Counted from the first letter of the stretch, positions 12,943 to 26,560 are shown. The stretch: DNA of 63,599 nucleotides from Chiloscyllium plagiosum (GCF_004010195.1 NC_057748.1:10540428-10604026); one strand, 5' to 3'. Numbers and translations: made by a program. The notes: generated by a model from the sequence alone, not told the origin.

Positions 12943-15018
12943 GAGGTTGACAGAAAAAATCGGCAAGGGATCCCAACTGATTTGACTGCATAATGCCATT
13001 CATTGTTAGTGGGGGTCAAAAACCTGGAATGCCTCCTGAACAGTATGTGAGTGCATCTTCAATGCAATGGTTCACCTCCGCCCTCTCAGCGGGTGACAAG
13101 GGATGAGTGATAAAGACTAATGTCACCTGTGAGCGATTAAATAAACTTACCCCGCCATCCTTGGCCTCACCATAGATCTGTGAAAGGAAATTCCCCAACA
13201 CTCCGTATGAATGTCAACATAACCATTTAGACGTGAACCTTGATCAAAGAATGGGTTGTTTCTTTTCTCTGTGGCTAAAATTAAACGAAAGCCTGGATTT
13301 TGGCTTGAGCTTCGATGCTGATTTTGCTGAAAATGTCTCGACAGTAACACTCGCAATCTTCATCGGTCTTTAAATCACACAACAGTCACCGGGGCATCGG
13401 GATTGTTTTGAACACCGAGTTTATTTGGGCTAAAATCTTGAGACAGGAACATAGAAAATAGGAGTCGGCCATTTGGCCCCTCGAGCCTGCTCCCCCATTC
13501 ACTGACATCATGGCTGATGTTCCACTTCCTTGCCATTTGGCCTCACCAATCATGTTTCCCTTGATGTCTTTAACTCTCTTTTTTTTAATTCACTCATGGG
13601 ATGTGACTGTCTTTGGCCAGGCCAGCATTTTTTGCCCAGAGGGCAGTTAAGAGTTGACCACATTGCTGTTGGTCTGGAATCTCGCGTAGGCCAGATCAGG
13701 TAAGGTTGGCAGTTCCCTTCCCTCAAGGGCACTAGCGAACCAGATGAGTTTTTCCAACAATTGGCAATAGATTCATGGTCGTCATTAGACTCTTAATTCC
13801 AGATGTTTTGAAACTACATTCAAATTCCACTATCTGCCATGGCAGGATTTGAACCGGCGTCCCCACGTTATTACCTGGGTGTCTGGATTGACAGTCAAGA
13901 GTGTGGTGCTGGAAAAGCACAGCAGTTCAGGCAGCATCTGAGAAGCAAGAAAATGTTTCATCAGGGCTTTTGCCCGAAACGTTGATTTTCCTGCTCCTTG
14001 GATGCTGCCTGACTGGCTGTGCTTTTCCAGCACCACACTCTTGACTCTAATCTCCAGCATCTGCAGTACTCACTTTCGCCTCTCTGGATTAATAGCCCGG
14101 CAACAATACCATCAATGGCTATCACCTCGCCCATTGTGAAATGTAGAAATCCATTGATCTCTGTCTTGTACGTGATCATTAACCAAGCCTCCACAGCCCT
14201 CTGGGGGAGAGAATTCCAAAGTTTCTTCACCCTCTGAGAGAAGGAATTCCTCCTCATCCCAATCCTCAATTGCCTCTCTCTCATTCTCAGACTGTATCCC
14301 CATCTCTAGGTTTTCCAGCCGCGGGAAATGTCCACTGTACATCTTCCTTGTAAGAATTGTCTGATTCAAAGAGATTGCCTCTCATTCTTCAAAACTCGGG
14401 AGAATAAAAGCCCAGCCTCCTCAATCTCCCCTGATAAGACAATTCCGCCATTCCAGGGATCAGTTCTTATTTTTTATTCATTTTGTGGGATGTGGGTGTC
14501 ACTGGTTGGGCCAGTATTTATTGCCGGTCGCTAGTTGCCCCTTGAGAAGGTGGTGTTGAGCTGCCTTCTTGAACTGCTGCAGTCCACCTGATGTGGGTTG
14601 ACCCACAATGCCCTTAGGGAGGGAATTCCAGGATTTTGTCCCAGTGACTGAAGGAACAGTGATATATTTCCAAGTCAGGATGGTTAGTGACTTGAAGTGG
14701 ACCTTGAAGATAGTGGTGTTCCCATGTACCTGCTGCCCTTGTCCTTCTAGATGGAAATGGTTGTGGGTTTGGAAGGTGCTGTCTGAGGACCTTTGTTGAA
14801 TTTCAGTTGGATGAATCTTTGTAATCCTATCCAAAAGCTCGCTGGCGATTCAACACTGACTTTCTCAGTGAAGGTCTCACCCCTTGGGAAGATTTCCCAC
14901 AGATGACTGTTGTGTGGGGTCATTAGGACCCTGCAGCCGCCTCGCGATAACGTCACAGAACAGCGCATTGCTGAGTGTAAATACCACAGCCTGGAAAAAC
15001 ACCACCAGATTCCAACAG

Positions 15019-15927
15019 GGAGAAAGTGAGGACTGCAGACGCTGGAGATCAGAGTCGAGAATGTGGCGCTGGAAAAGCACAGCAGGTCAGGCAACATCCG
15101 AGGAGCAGGCGAATCGACATATCGGGCATAAGCCCTTCATCAGGAATGAGGCTTGTGGGCCAGGGCTGAGAGAGAAATGGGAGAGGGGGTAGCTGGGAAA
15201 GCGATAGGTGGATGAATGTGAGGCAGAAGGGGATAGGTTGGAGAGGGGGCAGTGGGAGGAGGAGTTGAAGTATTCAGCCACGGGGCGGTGGGGTTAGTGG
15301 GTGCAGGTGTCCCAGAGATGTTCTCTGAAATGATCCCCAAGAAGGTGTCCTGTCTCCCCGATGTAGAGGACACCACACTGGGTACAACGGATACAATAGA
15401 TGACATTGGTAGAGGTGCAGGTGAATTTCTGACGGATGTGAAAGGATCTCTTGGGGCCTTGGACAGAGGTGAGGGGAGTGGCGTGGGTGCAGGTTTTGTA
15501 ATTCTTGCCCACTCCATCAAACACATGCAGGCCTTGGCCTCCTCCACCGCCAAACCGTTACCACCTGACACCCGGAGGAGGAACGCATCATACTCCGCCT
15601 TGGGACCCTGCAACCACACGGGATAAATGTGGATTTCAACAGCTTCCTCATTTCCCCTCCCCCCACCCTATCCCAGTCCCAAGCCTCCAACTCGGCACCG
15701 CCCTCTGGACCCGTCCATCACTGCCCCCTCTGACCTATCACCTTCTCACTTACCTTCATCCACCTATCGCTTTCTCAGCTACCTCCCCCCAGCCCCACCC
15801 CCTCCCATTTCTCTCAGCCCTAACCCACAGGCCTCATTCCTGATGAAGGGCTTATGCCCGAAATGTCGATTCTCCCGCTCCTCGGATGCTGCCTGGCCGG
15901 CTGTGCTTTTCCAGCACCACACTCTCG
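15019..15927. mobile_element. PLE derivative with inverted termini and a 15-bp TSD
   Basis: ACCAGATTCCAACAG at 15004-15018 and 15928-15942. GIY-YIG remnant NVIYCIRCTQCGVLYIGETG on the - strand. pLTR copies at both ends in opposite orientation. Confidence 0.9.
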
Positions 15928-16274
15928 ACCAGATTCCAACAGCCAGTCTCAGGAACAGAGAGACGTGAACACACAAGGAAGATAGATGAGCCTTACCTAG
16001 TGTAACTATTAGATAAAAGCCTGGTATACCTACGATTACCATGTTGAGCTGTACTTGGTATTAATGTATCATAAATAGTGTTACTTTAAAGACTAAACCA
16101 AAGAACAGTTCTTGACTCTGCCTTCTCTTATGAACTGTCTGTAAAGAAACTGAAATACCTCGTGTGGCATCAAATTACACCATAAAAAGAACAATTGCTT
16201 GAGGAAGGGTCTGGAAGTGGGTGGGATTGTGTTTCTGAGTAACCACTGGTTCGATCTGTTCCAGGCTGTGAAGG

Positions 16275-16339
16275 ATGTGGGGATGGGCCTTCCTCCCCAT
16301 CGTGCTGGCAGTCAGTGCAGCTGGAGGCTGCTGGGCCGT
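16275..16339 (+). CDS. TMEM150B: TMEM150B-like (DRAM/Frag1 family) coding exon 1: MWGWAFLPIVLAVSAAGGCWA(V)
   Basis: ATG at 16275, GTAAGT donor at 16340, phase 2. Peptide resembles the human TMEM150B N-terminus (MWGYLSLMPVFLAVWAISGVWIV). A possible acceptor ccag ends at 16264. Confidence 0.85.
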
Positions 16340-16796
16340 GTAAGTACCCTTTGAGCACTCATGCACGTTGTGTTTATCTATGTTACCATGACACTCACTT
16401 CTCAACTCCGGGCAAAAGCAGCGATCAGAACACTAGGTTCCAGTGCACTGCTCTGTCCCCTTCTCATTCAGTCTCCTGCTGCAGGTAAAAACAACAACAG
16501 CAGGCTGCTGCATTGTTGTAACAGCCCAACCCAGGGCACCTCCCGTTCTACATCAACCTGCCATGCCCCCACTGGCCCACATCAAGAGTGCAAGCCTTAC
16601 TGCATCCCCTGCATCTCAGAGCAGGTGATACATGTGCCTTAGCCAGTGACAAGGACAAATTATATTTGAAAGATCTTGCCCAATCCATGCCTCTTCCACA
16701 AAAGAGCAGAACCCTTCCCATCACCCTCCTTATTCTAACAACACCTTGCATTTGAATGGCACCTTTAATATTGAGAAACCAACCGTCTTTCCACTA

Positions 16797-16822
16797 ACAC
16801 ACACACACACACACACACACAC
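16797..16822. repeat. (AC)n microsatellite
   Basis: About 13 AC units. Confidence 0.95.
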
Positions 16823-19179
16823 GTGCCACAGAAGCTGAGGCAGTGCAAGATGTTACAGGACGGGGTGGGGGGGAGTTGCTGTTAGCGATATGTAAAGTTC
16901 CTGTAGTTTTACTCTCTCATTACAGAGAGAGCGCCATAGAGTTGTACAGCACAGAAACAGGCCCTTCGGCCCAATCTGTCCATGCCGACCAGGTTTCCTA
17001 AACTGAATTGGTCCCATTTGCCTGCGTTTGACCCATATCCCTCTTGACCTTTCCTATCCATGTACCTGTCCAAATGTCTTTTAAGTGTTGTAATGGTACC
17101 CATCTCCACCACTTCCTCTGGCAGCTCATTCCATACACGTACCACACTCTGTTTGAAAAAGTTGCCCCTTAGGTCCCCTTTTAAATTTTTCTCCTTTCAC
17201 CTTAAACCTATGCCCTTTGGATTTGGGCTCCCCTACTCAGAGGAAATGGTTTAATCTCAGAAGAGGGGAGAGATTGAGAAGGAAAAGTCCTTCATGGTAA
17301 CCTCAGCTGGTGTGGGATTTGAACCCAAGCTCTTGGTATTACACTGCATTGCAACCCTGCCATCCGAGCTAACCAAACCCTTGGTTGTAATAAGCTCAGA
17401 TAGATCTTTGTATTTGAAGCAGCCTCCTAAAGGAGGTTGGGGGAAAAGAAGCAGCAAGAACTCAGCAGGGAATTCCAGGGGAGCAGGCAGAGATGTGAAG
17501 GCATGGCTGGACTAGTCCCACACGCCTACATTTGGCCCATATCCCTCAAAACCTTTCCCATACAAGTACCTGCCCAAATGTCTTTGAAACATTGTAACTG
17601 TACCAGCCTTCACCAATGGAGAAGAAGTGTAAAAAAAGCCAGGGCAGAGTAATAGAGTGTCTACTGAAGGACTGGGAATTACTAAGGCAGGCAGAGACGA
17701 GACCGTACAACAGCACTGTAATGAGGCACCAGCTGAGATCTCTGACTGAGCTTCCAGTCATAGTCAGAGAGATATACAGCACAGAAACAGACCCTTTGGT
17801 CCAACTCGTCCATGCTGACCTATCCTAAATTATATGGTCGAATTTGTCAGCAGTTAGCCCATATCCCTCTTAAACCTTTCCTATTCATATGCCCATCCAG
17901 ATGTTTTAAATGTTGTAATTGTACCAACCTCCACCACTTCCATCTGTCCATAATATCCCCTTCTGTGGTTCAGTGTCAGATTTTATTGAATAGCCCACCT
18001 TTGATATGCCTTTGGATGTTTCATTACACTATGAGTAATACTTACATAGAAATTGTTATTAAGGCAGTGAGATTTACTTTAGCCGGACAAGTCTATATTA
18101 AATGCTGGTGTGCAAGCAAACAAAATGGCAAACTGTACGGAAAAAGAAGGCTTGTATTTATCTAGCACCTTTCGTTACTAGCGGGTTTCTGAGACTGCTT
18201 TACAGACAGTGGAGTACTTTAACGGTGCTATCACTTGTTGTAACACAGCACAAACATTCACACACAGCAGCCAGGCAGTCCGTGTTCATGATTGTGGGTT
18301 GGGGAGGAAATATTGGTCGGGACTTTGGGACTGGGGGAGAACTCCCTGCTATCCTTCAAAATCGTGTCGTGGAATCATTTACACCTAAGATGGTGCCCTG
18401 TGTGGCGACATTACATGCTGTACTCCTGTACTTGGGTACACGTGACAATAAAATCGAAATCTAAACTCAAACAGGCAGGTGGAGCCTCAGTTTAATGTCG
18501 CATTCGAAACGGTGGCACCTCCGACACTGCAGCACTCTGTCAGAACTGCACTGGGCTCTGGCTTTGATTTGGGTGCTCTAAGACATGAGGTGGGACATGA
18601 ACCCAGTACTTTGTGAGGCAAGAATTCTACCAATGGCATAATATTACTTTAGAGTGAGGTTAGAGAATGAATGTTTAACTAAGTGAAAAAATAATTTTGG
18701 ATGAAAAATTATTTTCTTAAAGGGCAGAACATGATTAGTGCAGTCTGCTAGTACAAGGAAGGCAAGGGTTCATCGGGTGGCTACTATAATGCAGTGCTTC
18801 ACAAGTTTTTTTTTCCCCCTGAAATGACACCTTCCTCAACTGCAAAGATTTTTCGTGGAGTGCTGTGCAGTTCATATGGTGTGGGGAGCGGGTGGGGGTG
18901 TTGGCTACTGGGGAGGGCCATGTAGGCAGTAGCGAGGCCAGGGCTCACGGTGAGGGGAGGAGAGTGGATGTTATCAAAGGATTTCACCTTAAACTATTTT
19001 TAAAATCCTTCCTTTTCACTGACTCTTTTGGTCAAGCTTCTAAGATCAGTCAATTAGGCTGTGCCCATCATTCCAAACAAAACACAAGAATTTAAAGGGA
19101 CCTTGCAGCTGTTAGCTCTCAGTCAGAGTTGGTTAGGAGCTCATCACCCCGAATCTCATAAACACAGAGGCTACAAGAG

Positions 19180-19920
19180 CAAGTCAGATGCTAGGAATCA
19201 GGCAGCAAGTAACTCACCTCCTGACTCCCTAAAAGCTGTCGGGAGAAAGTGAGGTCTGCAGATGCTGGAGATCAGAGCTGAAAATGTGTTGCTGGAAAAG
19301 CGCAGCAGGTCAGGCAGTATCCAGGGAACAGGAGAATCGACGTTTCGGGCATAAGCCCTTCTTCACATTTTCATCCCTAAAACCTGTCCATCATCTACAA
19401 GTCAGGAGTGTGATGGAATACTCCCCACTTGCCTGGATGGGTACAGCTTCAACAACACTCAAGCAGCTTGACACCATCCAGGACAAAGCTGCCCGCTTGA
19501 TTGGCACCACATCCACAAACATCCACTCCCTCCAAAACCGACGCTCAGTAGCAGCGGTGTGTACCATCTACAAGATGCACTGCAGAAATTCACCAAAGAT
19601 CCTTAGACAGCACCTTCCAAATCTGCGACCACTTCCACCCATTTCGGCAAGGGCAGCAGATACATGGGAACACCACCACCTGCAAGTTCCCGTCCGAGCC
19701 ACTCACCATCCTGACTTGGAAATATATTGCTGTTCTTTCACCGTCGCTGGGTGAAAATCCTGGAATTCCCTCCCTAAGGGCATTGTGGGTCAACCCACAG
19801 CAGGTGGACTGCAGCAGTTCAAGGAGGCAGCTGACCACCACCTTCTCAAGGGGCAACTAGGGACAGGCAATAAATGCTGGGCCCAGCCCGCAACACCCAG
19901 ATCTCACAAGTGAATAAAAA
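19180..19920 (+). mobile_element. L2/CR1-group LINE 3' fragment with an inserted PLE terminus (19241-19365)
   Basis: QVRSVMEYSPLAW...LDTIQDKAARLI RT C-terminus. Related copies on the - strand at about 14480-14800 and 20370-20925. Confidence 0.8.
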
Positions 19921-22900
19921 CTTTTTTTAAAATGTTGCAATATTCATTTTGGGAAGAGCAGCTGTGATGTAATGACTAATCTTGATAAGTTGTTATATAA
20001 ATGTTGAAATTCATATTGCTCAATAAGGGATACCATATTTAGCTCATTTTGAATTGCTCACTTTAAATAAAATTAAGGCGTCAAAGTCCAGTTGAATACC
20101 AATCAGAATACCCTTTACTCTTTCATGGGATCTGAGAGTTGCTGACAAGGGTATCCCTAATTGCCCCTAAACTGAATGGCTTGCTCGGCTATTTCAGAGG
20201 GCACTTCAGCAGGCAGTTACAGACAAAAATGTCAGACGTCCGTGCCTGAAGTATATTATGGAACTAGATGGATTCTTAGAACAATCAACGATCACTTCAC
20301 AGATTTATATTCCAGATTTATTGATTGAATTTAAATTCTATTAACTCTGATGGTTGGACTTTAAAAATTCACTTCTGAGGTCTGGGCATCGCTGGCTGGT
20401 CAGCATTTATTGCCCGTTCCTCGTTGTCTCTTGAGAAGGTGGTGGTGAGCTGCCATCTTGAATCGCTACTGTCCACATGCTGACCCACAATACCATGAGG
20501 GAGGGAATTCCAGGATTTTGACTCAGCAGCAGTGAAGGAACGGTGATATATTTCCAAGTCTGGATGGTGAGTGGCTTGGAGGGGAACTTGAAGATGATGG
20601 TGTTCCCATGTATCTGCTGCCCTTGTCCTTCTAGATGGAAGAGGTCATGGGTTTGGAAAATGGTGTCTGATGATCTTTGGCAAATTTCTGCAGTACATCT
20701 TGTAGTTAGTACATATCACTGCTACTGAGCATCAGTGGATCTGGTGCCAATCAAGCAGGCTACTTTGTCCTGGATGGTATCAAGCTTCTTGAGTGTTGTT
20801 GGAGCTGTATTAATCCAGGCCAGTGGTAAGTATTCCATTACACTCCCGATCTATGCCTTGTAGATGGTGGACAGGCTTTGGGGAGTCAGGAAGTGAGTTA
20901 CTCACTGTAGTATTCCTAGCCTCTGACATTGATTTGAACCCATTAGAGAACTAACCTGTGCCTTTATATTACTTGTAGATAAACAGGAAGCTGGAAGAGC
21001 ACAGTAAGCTGGGCAGCATCAGGAGGTGGAGACCTCAACAATTCGGGTATAACCCTTCTCCACTTCCCGATGCTGCCTGGTTTGCTGTGTTCATCCAGCC
21101 TCCTGTTTGTCGAGATCGGACTGCAGCATCTGCAGTTTTTGGACTCCAACCTTTATATTACTCGGCCAGTGATATTACCCTCACCTTTCCTTGACCACGG
21201 TGGATTTTAAGCAACAATTGAAAATAGTTTCACAATCAGCGTTACTAAGACGAGTTTTATACATTTATAGATTTGTAATTGCTACCATTGGTTGCTACCA
21301 TTGACGGCAATTGAACTTTAATCCCCACAATGGGACTCTGGTCTATTACTCCAGTGACAAAACTGCAACATCAGCATCTCCCTTCCTCCTGCTCATGATA
21401 GCGCTAAGCACATGCTGGGGACACAATGGCCTACTGGTGATATCGCTGGACTTGTCAATCCATAGACCCAGCTAATGATAACCATGAATCCATTAACAGT
21501 TGTTGGGAAAAAAAACCCACTAATGTTCTTTAGGGACGAAAATTGCCATCCTCACCTGGTCCGGCCTACATATGACTCCAGACTCACAGCCAACATGGTT
21601 GACTCTTAAGTGCCCAGTGGGTAATAAATGCTGATCTAGTCAGTGATGCCCGCATCCTATGAATGAGTAAAAAAGACACCCCAAATGCTCGAAGTTGTCA
21701 GGCTAATATTGTGTGAAAAATGACGAAGATCCAATCAAGCATGAGGTTGTTACATAGCAACAGTTAAATTCATCATCACAACAGTCCAACACCAACTGGA
21801 TTCAGTTAATATAACTGAGAATTAGATTCATTGTTAAAATGCCCCAGTAAATGTTGCAGAAGTTATTTTAATGCATAGAATCCCTACATTGGGGAAACAG
21901 ACCCTTCCAGCCTAACAAGTCCACACTGACCCTCTGAACAATATCCCACCCAGATCCATTCCACTACCCTATTAGTCTATATTTCCCCTGACTGATGCAC
22001 CCAACCTACACATCCCTGAACACTATGGGTAGCTTAGCATGGCCGATTCACCTAATCTGCATATCTTTGGACTGTGGGAGGAAACCCACGCAGACGTGGG
22101 GAGAATGTGCAAACTCCACACAGACAGTTACCCAAGGCTGGAATCGAACCTGGGTCGATGGCGCTGTGAGGCAGCAGTGCTAACCACTGAGCCACCATGC
22201 CACACCATAATGTGAAGGAAAATTATCTGGTCACAAGAAATAGGAGCTGGCAAAGGCTTGTCAAGTTATTTTCCGCCATTTATTGAGATCATGGTTGAGC
22301 CAATTGTGGCCTCAATTGCGCTTTCCAGCTCGCTTGCCTCTCCCTCATAACCCTTGACTCAAAAACTGTCGAACTCAGCCTTGAATATACTCCATGACCC
22401 AACATCGAGCTCCAAGTGAAAGTTCTAAAAACTAATGACCTTCTGAGAGAAGTAATCCCTCTTTGTTATCTTATTATTTCCTCATGGGATGTAGGCATTG
22501 CTGGCTGGGCCAGCACTTATCGCCCATCCCTAATTGCTGATTGAGAAGGTGGTGGTGAGCTGCTGTGGTCGGTTTGGTGTAGGTATATCCATAGTGCTGT
22601 CAGAGAGGGAGTTCCAGGATTTTTGACCTAGGAATGGTAAAATATTTCAACGGGGAGAAAGTGAGGTCTGCAGATGCTGGAGATCAAAGTTGAAACTTTA
22701 TTGCTGGAACAGCACAGCAGGTCAGGCAGCATCCAGGGAACAGGAGATTCGACGTTTCGGGCACAGGCCCTTCCTCAGGAATGAGCAGAGAGTGTTCAGC
22801 AGGACATTTATCAGTACAATGCCTCGACCAATCAAGAATCAGAGTTTACAATTTAAGCAGAGCTTGGCAGTTACCTATCATCACCATCTAATTGGTACAT

Positions 22901-25664
22901 CTCCAAGGAAATACCTCTGTAAATCAGCATCTATATGCCAACCAATCAATGTATGCCTTTCATACAGAATAAAACACCTTCTCTCCTTTATGTTGCTATT
23001 TCTTGTGAATTGTCTTGAGGATCGAGCTCCAAGTGAAAGTTCTAAAAACTAATGACCTTCTGAGAGAAGTAATCCCTCTTTGTTATCTTTATTATTTCCT
23101 CATGGGATGTAGGCATTGCTGGCTGGGCCAGCACTTATTGCCCGTCCCTAATTGCTGATTGAGAAGGTGGTGGTGAGCTGCTGTGGTCGGTTTGGTGTAG
23201 GTATATTCATAGTGCTGACAGAGGGGGAGTTCCAGGATTTTTGACCTAGGAATGGTAAAATATTTCAACGCCAGGATAGTGAATGGTTTTTGGCCGGAGC
23301 CCTTCATCAGGAATTTTTGATCTGCCTGATGAAGGGTTCCGGCCTGAAACGTCGATTCTTCTGCTCCTCAGATGTTGCCTGACCTGCTGTGCTTTTCCAG
23401 CACCTCAACTCTGATCTCCAGCATCTGCAGTCCTCACTTTCTCCTGGTGAATGGTTTTATTTTATTCATTCATGGGATGAAAACGTCACTGGCTCAGCCA
23501 GAATTTACTCCCCATCCCTAATTACCTAGTGGGTGGTTAAGAGTCAACCACATTGCTGTGGGTCTGGAGTCACATGTATATCAGACCAGGTAAGGATGGC
23601 AGCTTTTTTCCCTGCAGGTTATTAGTGAACCAGGTGGGTTTTTCCAACAATCAACAATGAATTCCTGGTCGTTGTTAAACCCTTAATTCCAGATTTTGTT
23701 TGATTGGAGCATGACCTGGGCCTCTGGATTAACAGTCTAGTGTTAAGGGTTATGAGGGAGAGGCAAGCGAGCTGGAAAGCGCAATTGGCCTTTGCCAGCT
23801 CCTATTTCTTGTGACCACGGTGGCACAGTGGTTAGCACTGCTGCCTCACAGCGCCAGAGACCCAGGTTCAATTCCCGACTCAGGCGACTGACTGTGTGGA
23901 GTTTGCACGTTCTCCCTGTGTCTGCGTGGGTTTCCTCCGGGTGCTCCGGTTTCCTCCCACTGTCCAATTCGGCGGGGCGGTGTGGACTTGTTGGGCCGAA
24001 GGGCCTGTTTCCACACTGTAAGAAATCTAATCTAATCTGTTCAGCCATCACTTCCCCTGTTCTAATGGTTGGAGGGGAAATTGCATTTATCTCCATCTGC
24101 TGCGCCTGCCTGTCCAGGTGTACGGTGTTGCTAAAGGAGTCTTGGAGCACTGATGCAGTCATCTTGTAGATGGTACAGTGTCTCAGAGGTGGAGGAAGTG
24201 TTCAAATTGATGCATGTGCTGCCAATCAAGTGTCCTAAACAGGGCTGAGTTTCTTGAGCATTGTTGGAACTTGCAACCATCCAGCAAGTGGGGAGTATTC
24301 CATCACATTCATGACTTGTGCCTTGTTGATGTGGACATGTTTGGGGAATTAGGATGTGAGTAACTCTTATGGAAAGCAGCCCTTGACCTGCTCTTGTAAC
24401 TACAGTACTTACATAGCTGGTTGAGTTGATTGTGAGACTTCATCATTTTAAACTTTAGTTCTAGATTCCCCTATGACAGAAAACATCCCCTCACATGTGT
24501 CGTCTCAAGCTCCCTCAGAATCTTATAGACCACCTTCCGTCCTTTGGAACTCCATTGAGTCTAAACCAAACCTGCTCAACTTTAAAGATACCTCTTTCAT
24601 CTCAGGAATTATTATTGTGTATCTTCTCTGAATTGCTTTGAAAGCAAATAGATCCTCCCTTAGGGAAAGGGACCAAAATTGCACTAGGTTGATCACAGAA
24701 TCCTTACAGTGTGATGGAGCAGGTCCTTTGGCCCATCAAGTCCACAGAATGCAGGTGAGTGGCGTTGGTGGGGGCAGAAGAGGTGGCAAACATGGCAGTG
24801 GGGGAGGGGGGCAGAAGTCACTGAGCATGTGACATCAGTGATGATGTGAGGGGCGGAAGTGATGTCACGTGTGGTGCATGAGGAATTGTGAGGGGCGGAG
24901 CTGACACGCCCCCATTCAACTCATCCCCCATCAAGTCTACACCGACCCTCCAAAGATCATCCCACCCCATTCCCAATATCCCTGCATTTCCCATGGCTAA
25001 CCCACACATCCCTGGACACGGAGCAATTTAGCATGGCCAATCTACCTGACCTGCACATCTTTGAACAGTGGGAGGAAACCAGAGCAAACCCACACAGACA
25101 CAAGGAGAACGTGCAAACTCCATACAGCCCAGTCACCCTCGGCTGGAATTGAACCCGTGTCCCTGGCGCTGTGAGGCAGCAGAGTTAACCACTGTGCCAT
25201 TATCTCACTGATGACTTGTGGTGTTGTGGTAAAGCGTCCCTACTTTTATATTCTAATTCCTTTTGAATTAAAAGCGACATTGTATTTACCTTCCTAATTG
25301 CTTGATTTGCCTGCGTGCTAACCTTTTGTGCACCTTGTTCGGGGACTCCCAGATTCCTCGGCATTCTGCAGTATCTCTCCATTAAAAAGATATCATGCTT
25401 TTCTATTCTTCCTGCCAAAGCAGACAACTTTAGACTTTCCCATGGCGTATTCCACCTTCCAATTTTTTACCCACTCTCTGAACCTATCCATATCGCCATT
25501 AAAAACTCTTTGTCCTCCTTGCAACTTGCTTTGCTTCCCATCTTTGCATTGTGAGCAAACTTGGCTACAATGCAGTCAGTTGCTTCATCCAAGTCATCAA
25601 TTATAAATATCCGAGGCCCCAGCACTGAACCCAGTGGAACTCCACTCATTACAATCTGCCAACC

Positions 25665-26560
25665 CAACTTAGTGAAGAACGTGTTTGGTACACTTGCTTT
25701 ATTTATCAGTGTATGGAGTACAGGGGTTGGGGGATCATGTTGTGGCTGTACAGGACATTGGTTAGGCCACTTTTGTATTCAGTTCTGGTTTCCCCCCTAT
25801 AGAAGGATGTTGTTAAACTTGAAAGGGTCCAGAAAGGATTTACAAGAATATTGCTGAGGTTGAAGTGTTTGAACTACAGGATAATCTTGATATTTCCGAA
25901 TATTGTTTTATTTGGATTTTATTTGAATAGTATTTTGTTTGGATAATTGAATGTTTGGATAATTGAATGTTTGGATAATTGAATGTTTGGATAATTGAAT
26001 GTTCAGATAACACAATGTTCAGATAACACAGTTTACCCAAGCATTGGGACTTTGAGATCTTGTTCAGATAATCCGAAATTTGAATAATTGGTATTTGGGT
26101 AACCGAGGTTGCACTGTAGAGGGAGAGACTGAATAGGCTGGGGCTGTTTTCCCTGGAGTGTCAGAGGCTGTTGGGTGGACCTTCTAGTAGTTTATAAAAT
26201 CATGAGGGGCATGGATAGGATGAACAGCCGACGTGTTTTTCCCCAGGGTAGGGGAGTCCAAAGCGAGAGGGCACAGCTTTAAGGTGAGAGAAGAAAGATT
26301 TATAAGAGACCTAAGGGGCAACGTTTTCACACAGAGGGTGGTGCGTGTATGGAATGAGCTGCCAGAGGAAGTGGTGGAGGCTGGTACAATTACAACATTT
26401 AAAAGACATCTGGATGGGTATATGAATAGGAAGGGTTTAGAGGGATATGGGCCGGGTGCTGGTAAATGGGACTAAATCAAAATGGGATATCTGGTTGGAG
26501 TGGAAGAGTTGGACTGAAGGGCCTGTTTTTGTGCTGGTGTGACTCTGTGACTCTATAAAC
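25665..26560 (+). mobile_element. CR1/HER1 LINE 3' fragment
   Basis: SKARGHSFKV...FTQRVVRVWNELP peptide and gactct tail. Confidence 0.88.
25877..26116. mobile_element. Tigger/pogo-like MITE with internal 16-bp tandem repeats, inserted in a CR1
   Basis: TA at 25875-25876 and 26117-26118, CAG...CTG termini with imperfect TIRs, and about four copies of TGTTTGGATAATTGAA. Confidence 0.7.

Larger units (their letters stand above)
3456..16042 (-). other. Candidate unrecognised multi-exon gene or pseudogene
   Basis: Phase-compatible AG/GT-bounded open segments in non-repetitive islands: 13177-13151, 5892-5820, 4952-4866, 4402-4332, 4155-4106, 3796-3763, 3660-3456. Further candidates at 14990-14881 and 16042-15997. 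No homologue recognised. Confidence 0.3.

Noticed and set aside
12334-13019. Long ORFs in the track at 12.3-13.0 kb and 36.6-37.2 kb
   Set aside because: Artefacts of N runs and dinucleotide repeats.
25935-26030. Regular 16-bp repeats, CRISPR-like at a glance
   Set aside because: No spacers, eukaryotic context, and internal to a TA-flanked MITE.
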